Assembly: GCA_051294905.1 (NCBI GenBank)
Contig: CM119379.1
Coordinates: 23,250,001 to 23,314,000, forward strand
From: Botryllus schlosseri
Lineage: Eukaryota
Direction: 5' to 3'
Length of the DNA: 64,000 nt
Shown in pieces: positions 45,201 through 55,500 of this stretch; positions within the stretch are counted from its first letter, which is position 1; each line of letters begins with the position of its first letter. The notes beneath the pieces were generated by a model. The model had not been told where the DNA came from. It saw only the letters and a program-made list of their open reading frames with translations, and did not search any database. The translations under genes and the position numbers were made by a program.

Positions 45201-48071
45201 CAATGTATTGTAAAAGCCACGCAAGTCGCAGGTGCTAAACCATCCTCAACTGTCATCGTGTCGGATTTATCGTCGCTAGTTTTGAAAACTTCGAATCTTC
45301 TCGAAGTAGGATCGTCGGGAAGAGTTTCAGTACAGTTAGATTTGAAAGAGCTCTCTGCGCCTGATTCATTCGATATTAACATCAAGCTTACCGTGGATCC
45401 TGCTGGAATTATCGCGGTAGACCAACCTGTTAAAGGCGACGATGTAATGTTTCACGCGAATGTCAACGCTTTGAAGATAGGCTCGGTCGTAATCAAGGCT
45501 TCCACTACCGCGAGAGACGGGAAGATTATTTCGAGTAATGCCGCTAAAGTAACGGTGTTTCCGCCATTAATGCTCAAGCCCGATAGGATTACTGTTATTC
45601 GTGGATCAGAATTTCATTTGTATGTGGAAGGAGGTCCGCCGGAAGATGTTCAAACTCTGTTCGATGTCGAGGATAGCACGATTGCCAGCTCCCAGTCCGG
45701 CGACACGTTAATGGCACATAGATTGGGGAATACTACCGTTAGAGTGAGAGCTATCACCAAAGAGGGCGAGGTGTTTCACGGTAAATCACATTGTTTGGTT
45801 CACGTCGTGAAGATGAAAGGGATTATTATCGATGTTCCAACGCATAGGTTTTACACCGGTGCGTTCGTGCCGGTGTATGTTTACGGATACGCGGGTCCTG
45901 GGTATGATCCAGTGGTACTCGACAGTGCCGCGGCCGGACTGCGTTTTAACTGGAATGTGAATAATCATGCGGTGTTACGGCTGCATTCTGTGCATTCGAA
46001 ATCGGGGATTGAAGTGCCGGATGGGCTGAAATTCACGATGCTTTTGGAAGGTCGAAGCGCCGGACGGGGGTCGATATCTGTTACCGTTACGGCGACTAGA
46101 ACTGATCTCGGGCAGCTTGTTGGTCGGCAGTTGCAAGCGGAGATGCAAGTTAACGTTTTTGACTCCTTGGCTATGCAAAATGACAAAAGTAAGAACTGGG
46201 CTTCTATGAACAATCTGCTTTTGACTCCCGACACCTCGTTTAGCTTGATTTCAAATCGAGACCACGTCGCGAAGATAGATCACTCTGCGCTATGCGATAG
46301 CTGCGGTTTTAATGTATCGGTGTCTGAAGACGAAAGTTGTATTTCTGTAAACGACGAGGCGAAAAGCGTGACCACTGGAAAGAATCCGTGTTTTGGGACT
46401 TTATTGGTAACTGCGCATGAAAAATTTGGCGCTTCTCAGTCGTTGGCGATACGCGTCAACGTGAAAACGGTGTCTTATCTGCTCGCCGACAGCCAGGAAA
46501 AGTTTTATCACAGAGATCGCGACGTGCAATTATCCGGATTTCCGCTAGGGGCCAAACTGTCGATGGAAATTTCTCATTTCGACAACTTCGGCCAGCGTTT
46601 CGATTTGGCGAAACCGGACGCAAACTTCCGCATCAATCATAACGAACTTCTGGAAGTCACCGCAGACCCTTCTGTCAATTCGATTCAGATTTCAGCGGCC
46701 AAAGTCGGTGTGGCTGTTGTTCGCTTGTGGAACGACAAGAACACGCTCCATTATTTTCCCTTTCCGATTACAGACGCAATCCCGCAGGAGGCGGAAGGAA
46801 TCGCGGTTCCTGTTGGAATTAAGAAGTGTTTGGCTAGCGACGTGGCTTTACAAGACGGAAGTCCTGGGAAATGGTCCGTTAACAGGCCTTTCTCGGTGGT
46901 TATCGATGGTGGGGCTGTGATGCCGATCGTCGGAACTGTTGCGAAACTAACGTATTCCGTCGATAATGTCCAAGCTAAGGTATCGTTGACAGCTACTGCT
47001 TTCTCTGTGAAGCTTGCGGAAGATAAGATACCGCATGAAATTACGAATGCGCAATCATCTTACATCATTCCCATTCGAATACTAGACTACGCTCACGATT
47101 CATGCCCCGGTTTGGAGACAGAAATGAACAGATTTGCCGAGGAATCGTTCAATTGCACTGGATTTCTTTTGAACACTATTGAGCCGCTTAAAGTTTTCCA
47201 AGTCCGTTCCGCTTTTGTGAATAGTATCAACTCTTACGCTTGCATCGTGGAAGCCGTGAGTTTATCTCAAAACGCAGCCGAGAAGGTATCTTCGTTTGAA
47301 GACACCATGTTCACACTGGGGTTGACCGTCAACGGAAAATACGCAGAGAGAGGCGTGACTTTGCAGCGTCCCGTTAACATGAGGTTCTTGCCGGCTTTTA
47401 AGGTTATGAACGATTCCGAAGTGGTGATGGCGGATGGGAAAGGTGTACTGTGCGTCTCGGCTACGTTGGAGATTCATTCGTCTATCGAAGTGATCACAGG
47501 ATCCAGAAATTTTGAAGTTCATCAGCCTGGTTCGTGTGAAGACGGTGTCGTGTGTCGCGAATTTTCTTTGAATACGGAGGACGGTTTGATGACTAAGCAA
47601 ACCGTTAAGTTTATATCAACGTTAACGAAGCAAGAAGAACTAGTGACAGTTTCATTCAAGTGTGTTCAACCACAGACTCCATCAGCGCTACCAGTGCGTT
47701 CAATGACCGCGGACTCACCACAACGTACTGATCCATGGCTGGCGTACCATTACTACAGTCACAGCTATTACACGATGTTGATCGCAACTTGCTTGATCAT
47801 GCTTTTGAGCACTTTGATATTTTGTGGTCTTCTGCGTTGGATGAACGCGAACACACCGCCGCCTGCTCAAACACAGGCTTCGCCATTTCTGCCGAGAAAA
47901 TCTCCCGGGATGGTTCCGTATTCGCCGAGTAACTCGTACTTGTTTCCGAGGACAAGCCCGACACAGCAGAGGACGCGAGGATCTCCATCATCGCAATCAG
48001 GCGGTTCTCCATCTCCCAGAAGGCCCCAACTGTGGAGCACGTATTATCAACCTCAAGGTGCTGGTACTTGA
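42252..48071 (+). CDS. NUP210: Nuclear pore membrane glycoprotein gp210, single exon, about 1939 aa
   Basis: Signal peptide, then PKILLPF...EGCYKW...[26 protein letters not shown]...FEW as in gp210; long beta-rich lumenal region; C-terminal TM helix ([20 protein letters not shown]); Ser/Pro-rich tail ending LWSTYY. First ATG at 42252. Confidence 0.95.
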   Translation: [1939 protein letters not shown]

Positions 48072-49534
48072 TGCCGTGTGGCGTAACTGTGACTGACTCC
48101 GGTGCATATTGCAATGCGAGGTGCATTCTGCATTGCTTGCAGCTCCGAAACTGAGTTCCAACTTACATGGATCCAAGGCCAGGATCTTAGGATGAGATTT
48201 TGAAACCATTGCTTTCCTGCTGCGTGTACCAATCAGGGTCATTGATGCTGGGTATTTTTGTGCCGCTTATTTTGTATTGTTCTCAGTAGAAGTTCGATGA
48301 CATGCCAATCCGAGATACACTTTCAGCTGTGTGAAGTGTGCCTGTACGTTTTGTGCGTCTGCCATGGCTGCGGTTGTTATGAATATTTTGATACCTGAAT
48401 TACATGGGTTTGCTTTGTCTTTTATTGTTCGAATTCTGCTTGCACGGTGAATATTTTGTGTTTAGTGTCCGCATTCATTTGGGGCTATTACATCAGCTAT
48501 GCATGGCACATAAATATTTTTTCTCGGGTTTGCATTAGTTTAGTAATGGGTGTGTGAGTTTCTCAGTTGTATGATGGATATTGTACTTGCTGATAGGGCC
48601 GGAGAGAGCACTCTAGTTGATATTTCTCGTGATGAGAGTCGTGGATGGAAGAAGAATTGCCGGATTCTTATCGGTTCAGTTGTGGTTAGTTTATCTCAGG
48701 TTTGAGTTGAGAATATGCACTGGCAACCCTATGCAGGGACTTACTAAGTAGATTCTCAGTCAGTTGTGGAAAAAAAATTCGAAGATGAAATTAAAATTTT
48801 CCCACGGCTGCACCTGTTTTGTGATAAAGGCATTTTGAAAACGTAAATACTAAATAGACGAAGCCACAAATAAGTTCCCAATCGAGAAGCAGTCGGCTGG
48901 CATCTCGTCCATATTGAAAGTAGCGCAAACTGTAGTAAACCGCTCCCCGAGTGTAGCGTCTTTCTGATTATCGTTGGATGTCGAATGGTAGTATTCTTTA
49001 AACTGGTGATTCGCCGCATTCCGCCAGGGATATCTAGATATCCCTGTATGCTACTGCAACATAGTTCATTACTACTAGGCAGTCCTGAAACTTGTGATTC
49101 AATTCGTGATGGCCAGTGGCCTGCATTTTACATTATCGGATCTGACACATGCCTCTGGAATTGTTACTAACTTTTATGGGATTGTTTCGGCGCTTCTCTG
49201 CAGTGATACAAGCTTGTCGCTATTGCTAGGGCGTTTCACCGAATCTGTTCATCACGTCCGAATATAGTGACGTTTCAACTAAAAATATATATCAGGGTCG
49301 AATTTTGGCGCAAACCAACGACGGCAGGATTATATTTTGCATAAATTGCATGTAACAGGTTGGCGGGGATACAGTAACGCCCATTCTCCGCCCACCTGGT
49401 TACGCAATATGCGAATGGACCTTGAGTTCGACACAAGTGAACACCGATCGCAATGTGCGTGTTTTATAGATGTTTACATATGGACGCTGTACGTTTATAT
49501 CGGTATCAAGGTTAGGGTGCCGTTCATTTTCGAC

Positions 49535-52500
49535 ATGTTAGTGAGTCTGATGAAGTCTAGCAGGGGCTCGTGTAGGGTGAGGCAGCTAGTTAAAGTGCTA
49601 GACCGAGAAAAACGAGCTCTTTTCTGCACGGACAACAAATCTGGTAAGTGGTACCATATTGTCCCTTTATATGTATCTATCATTTGTCGTACTGCATCGC
49701 AGATGGAATCGTCAGTATAGGAGATACAGAAGTGCCGGTGTCCGCGCCGAAACACCCGCTTCATGTGCCTTATGGATTTGGTAAGCCATATCTATACATT
49801 GAGACGTTCTGTTCTTATTTTACTGTAAAAAACAACAAAACATGGAGATGGACAAATTGTCGGCAAAATTATGATTAATCTTAAGATAGGCTACTTCTTG
49901 ACTTCATTCAGGGTAATAATTCACTGCATATTTAGTTTTCTATACCCTTTTGGTAGGCTACATCTTATTGTGGCCTCTTTGGTTTTGTTTCTTGACCACT
50001 ATTACAGTGCTGAAATGCACTGTGCTGTCTTATTAAGTAGCTTACCCATTCCGAACGACACCCTTTTTAGTTCCGTCAGATCAACAATTACCTCAGTCTA
50101 CAATCCGTCATCTGAGATGGATCGCACAAAAAGATCTTTTGGGACAGGACATTTTTCTCATTGGACCACCCGGACCGCTCAGGAGATTTCTTGCAATGCA
50201 ATACATGGTCAGTCTGGTAATTTCGATTAATGATGAGTTGCTCTGCACAGCTTTGTGGTGGTGACTTGGAATTCTAAAAGAATAATAGCCTACTAATGCT
50301 TGGTGCGGTCTGTTCTGCATGGTTGTTGCAATGGTATACAATTGTATTAGTATAGGTCCAAAGTAGAACATATATATATTATATGTTTTATATTTCAATT
50401 AGATCGGCAAATAGATTGACATGTGTACTTCAGAAACCTTTCGTCATCGAAAGTTCTTGTAAGTCGGCCTACTTGGGTATATAGGCCTAGTTTGGAAGTG
50501 TGGAAGTAGAAACAACCAACTTGAGTAGCCTACTAGGAAGGGTTGCTCTGTTACTAGCCACTTCCGAATGTCTATAGGACAGAGTAATAACCTAACGTAT
50601 CAATTATGAACTAACTCATTTGAATGACAGGAACTGACCAGAAAAGAGGTGGAGTACATATCACTGTCCAGAGATACAACGGAGAGTGATTTGAAACAAA
50701 GACGGGAAATTAAGGGTGGAACATCATATTATGTAGACCAGGTAAAAAGGATACTGTAGTCACTAGCATACAATGTAGCCTAGTTTTAAAATGGTGCCAA
50801 GCTCGATCAAAAAGGTTCAAATCATTGCAATTTTACTGAAATCTGCTATAGGTAGGCCTGCAGAAAATTGCTACAAATCTGAATTCCAAAAAAAGCAAGA
50901 GAAAAAATTACGTGTTCGAAAACAGCTTAATTTGTCAACCTTTCTTTTAGTCTGCGGTTCGTGCTGCTCTAATGGGCCGGATTTTAGTCATTGAAGGAGT
51001 GGAAAAGGCCGAGAGGAATGTATTACCGGCGTTGAATAACCTATTGGAAAACCGGGAAATGCAGCTGGACGACGGGCGGTTTTTGATGCACCCTGCTCGA
51101 TACGATAAACTATGTGAGGTAAGAGTGTGTGGGTAACTGTCAACTTGAACAAACGCCGTGTTTGACCCATGCTGTGAATGTAATTGTAGGTTGACATATT
51201 AAACGATCAACACTACTGTTTCACACCTGCATCAAATTTTGCAAACTAGCCTTTGATAACCTGAAAGTTACAATGAATATACCGCAAAATAGTGAATGAC
51301 TGAAAAAGATTTGTCGCCATTTGATTTGCCCTGTAAAACTTCCTGGATCTTGTGTGATTCTGCAGTGTAGGGCATAGGTTGGTGCTTTACTGTGTTGTAA
51401 TGTAACAAACATAGGCGCCGGACGCTAATTTTCCTTAGGTATGCGGGTTCGATGACGTCACAAAGGAATGACGTCATATTGTGACGGAATTGATAATTCG
51501 GGTTAATATAGCATCGATTCATTAGGATAAAGTGCATGCGTAAATGCCGATTATGCAATCACCTCGTGTTAACCAACTTGCGCGTATGATAAGCTTGTCA
51601 ACGAGAAGTGCTGTCAATTAGCGAGTCCCTGATTGCTCGAGAACAATTAAATACGCCGCTTATCAACGCGTAATACGTAACCTCGGCGACGATTTGCGAA
51701 AAGCAAAATGTCCGAGTTGTTATGGAATCTGTTCTATAATGGCACCGATTTCAGGTTGTTCAAACCTTTCTCGTCTTTTACAGCTCAAGCCTTGACACAC
51801 ATCTTCTGAGGTTATGTTCAAGTATTAGCGGAATCCAATTACGCATGCACGGCGCACGCACAATCACACATGTCTGCGGACATTCGATGTCATCCAGTTT
51901 GGCGATGTCACTCTTTAATCACAATCGCTAATCAGCATGCACCTAACAGCATTGTCTCCAAGCCATCGAGAGATAGCAGCCAACGCATGCGAGGCCCGAG
52001 ACGCGATAATTGGCCAGCGATGATATCTTTCGTACCAGGCCTGTTGCAGATGCGATTGTGTAGGCAAGCGATGATATCGTGCGTGCCGATGCAGATGCGA
52101 TAGTGCAGGCTAGCGATGGTATAGTGGCAATAGTGCGCACTGCTGATGTGATTCTTCAAGCCATTGAAACTAGGCTTGTTATAGACGCGATAAATCAGGC
52201 AAGCAACGATTGCCGAGCGCACGGCAATCAATGACATAATTTCGCGATCGTCTCAGCGGGAAATCGCGTCGCGTTACATTTTGCCCAGACAATCTTGCTA
52301 ATTGGCAACACACATCTCGCTAATTGGCCGCGCGCAACGGGTTACCACGCTCACATAACGGCAGCAAGTAATGTTATGAACGGAAATACATTGCGATTTG
52401 TTCTAAATAACACAATCGGGGTTTATGCCGATACATGCCAAACCGAATTCTAGGTATGCCGCATACCTAAAAAGATGTCTAGGTATCCGTGGCATACCTT

Positions 52501-55500
52501 GCATACCCAGGTTCGGCGCCTATGGTAACAAACCTGAAGTCTAACCTTTGCTTGCTAAAGATTATCATATCCATGTCTCTGTGACAATAGGCTCTGCATC
52601 AGCAGATCTATTAGCCAATTATATTAATTTTCATAACACATTATGATTATATATCGACAAGCGACTCCAGTGTATGCTTGAACTTAACAGAGTTTTTAAA
52701 AACAATAGTATTGAAAATATTCTCATTAACATAGATTTCTGATAAGCCCGTGTACTTTGATAGGCCTACCGATCATCTTGGTTTATAAATGTCAATGTTC
52801 AAGTTGATATATATGCATTCCTATTTCTTTAGCAATACGGCAAAGAGTCAATGGATTCCTGGCAACTTGTTCGTGTGAGTGACAAATTTCGAGTGATCGC
52901 TCTTGGATTGCCAGTTCCAAAATATCGAGGCAATCCGTTAGATCCGCCTTTGCGCTCACGGTTTCAAGCACGAGACATTTATCACCTGTCCTTCAGAGTG
53001 AGCGATTATTCATATGCCTCATATATTCTTACGGCTCAAGATACTGAGGATTTGATAGGACCAATTGGAAACGTTATATAAAAATGCACCGTCGGTCGGA
53101 TCTGAAGTATTGGCCCAGGTGCTGTCTTGTGCAAGCACTCTCTGCACGCAAGAGTCGTCGAGTCTTGGATTGCCGGATTTTCCACTGGAGAACTTGGCAC
53201 GGGCCGTAACACTTTTGGAAAAGGTAATGCCGCAGAATTTGGTGACACGATTGTTGATATGCAATGTTCTCTCCGAATCACTACTAGTTGCTGACGATTA
53301 CCCCTGACGAGTGTCAGCCGAAAATATTCTGGTTCATGTCACTATGAATATACTATTCAATTGTATATTGAAGTTCTGTAGCTCAAAGAAGCTCTTGCAG
53401 AATAATGTGTTTTAAAGTAGGATTTGTTGTGTAATTCAATTACTCTTTCAGGCCAAAGATTATCCTGTGTCTGGTATATTTTCGCGACTGTATCCATACG
53501 ATATACTGCTTAACAAAGAGGGGAAACAGTCTGTCGAAGATGTGTATAAGGTAATGAAATTATTGAGTAGGTCTATTGCAAATATGGTGTCTGTTTACTA
53601 AATCAGATTTCGGAAAGTTGGTGTTTACGGGTGTTGCCTTCTTTCATTTTCGATTTTGAAGAAAACCAATGCATAAATTGTGATTCGATCTTTATTTTGT
53701 AACATTGTGTGTCATTTGCAGAAATTTGAAATTAATGATAAATCTGCGTCAGACTATTCGTTGGATATAAACGCAATCCTGCCGGATTCAACAGCACATA
53801 ACGGCAAAGAAGTACGTCTGGAACTGGCCATCAACAACCAATCAAAACACGAATTGAAGGTATTTTCGTAATGACAGGCAAATGTGCTGGTCGTTAATGT
53901 TGTAATCTAGGTGACATGCGGAAATCGACCGATATCCGAGGAGCATGAAGGCTTTGTTATGACGAAATATCATCGACAGCTGCTTGCCGACATGGCGCTA
54001 ACACATTCTGCGATGGACTTTTGTATAATCGGCGGAAAGGTACTGGATTAGTCCATAGGGCGTTGGTCAGAGGTGGTCGATAACGGCGTACTTTCTGCTT
54101 CTTTGGTGCACTCGAGTAGACTACTTTCATTTTGCTAATTGCTTGCTACATTTTTGATTTTGTAAAGTGAAAGTTACTTTTGGGAAGTGTTTGCGTTCCG
54201 AGTCAAATTACTTAAATTATCATAGCAACTTGGCGAAATAAACCCTTTATCAGGGTTGTAACCAAGTCACAAGGTTCCGAGGTACAAGTCAATCTCACTT
54301 TTGTAGTTTTGACTCGAGTCAAGTCGAGTCATTTTCAACTCACCGTCGAGTCCAAGTCAGCTGGTAGAGGCTCGAGTCCGATTCATAGTGTTTTGACTCG
54401 AGTCCGAGTCCGATTCATTATGTTGAACTGTTCAGTTTTCAGATCAATCCGGTTCAACCCACCCTTTTCAATTCGCTCAAGTGATATTGCATGGCTCGTA
54501 TTCACAATATAGTAGTTTGTGGCCCTATTTTCTAAATATCAGGACTGATACATGAAATACCAGTAATGCGGTAACTTTACTATTCTTCGAAGTTACAATA
54601 AATGTCTGTCTTGGCCGTCCCAACCTCGAGTCAAGTCGAGCCATTACAACCCTGGTACCAATGCAGACTACTCCGACCAACTCAGGTACCTCTCTTAATT
54701 TCTCGTTACTGCCAATTGTGTTCAGTAGTGCGTTTCTTAATGAATGACATGATAACATCAATATTATACTAGATTAGATTTTTATTCCCCAACGAGAAAC
54801 GTAATCTTCTGCTTGTAGCTTACGTTATCAACTTGGATTTCCAGGGAAGTGGCAAAACAGCTCTGGTGAATCAGTTTTCCAAGATGCTCGGATATCTGAC
54901 GGAGCCCGTGCTCTTGTATCAAGACATGACGGCTAGAGATTTGCTGCAGCAACGCTACACGTTGCCGAACGGAGACACCGTGTGGCGTTACGCTCCTCTT
55001 GTGCAAGCCGCTTTAGACGGCAGGATAGCGGTTTTGGATGGCTTGCATCGAGTGAATCCGGGAACCCTCTCAATTTTACAACGGTATGTAGTGACTAGTG
55101 CTGTAAGCAAGCAAACTTCAACTTTTACTGTCAACCCCTTGAAATTGGTAAGTAGTCTACAAAAACGATGCCAAACAAATTTGACGCGATTGCAACTTAT
55201 AGACGCAGAGTTATTTCGAGTTTTTCGTTAATAATTCTGGGATTAGCAATCGTCAATGCTGTTTATCGAAATCCAAAACTTTTAAACACAAAAACTTCGC
55301 TTCTACCGTTTGGAAGTAGGCAAAAATTGTTTTTCGTCGTTCTTTTTTGCAACTTGACAATTTCATGGGATGGACGATGAAATTTGATGAAAAAAATTTT
55401 TTTTTAATAATTTAAAAAATTTCAATTAACTCTGCGGTGGATTGTACTGGTCGAAATTGAGCCAAATTTGGTGGGCAGCGTTTTTAGGCAACCTAACAAT

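Noticed and set aside
42566-48242. Many short antisense and alternative-frame ORFs over NUP210, tdh and VWA8 exons
   Set aside because: Shadow ORFs of real coding sequence.
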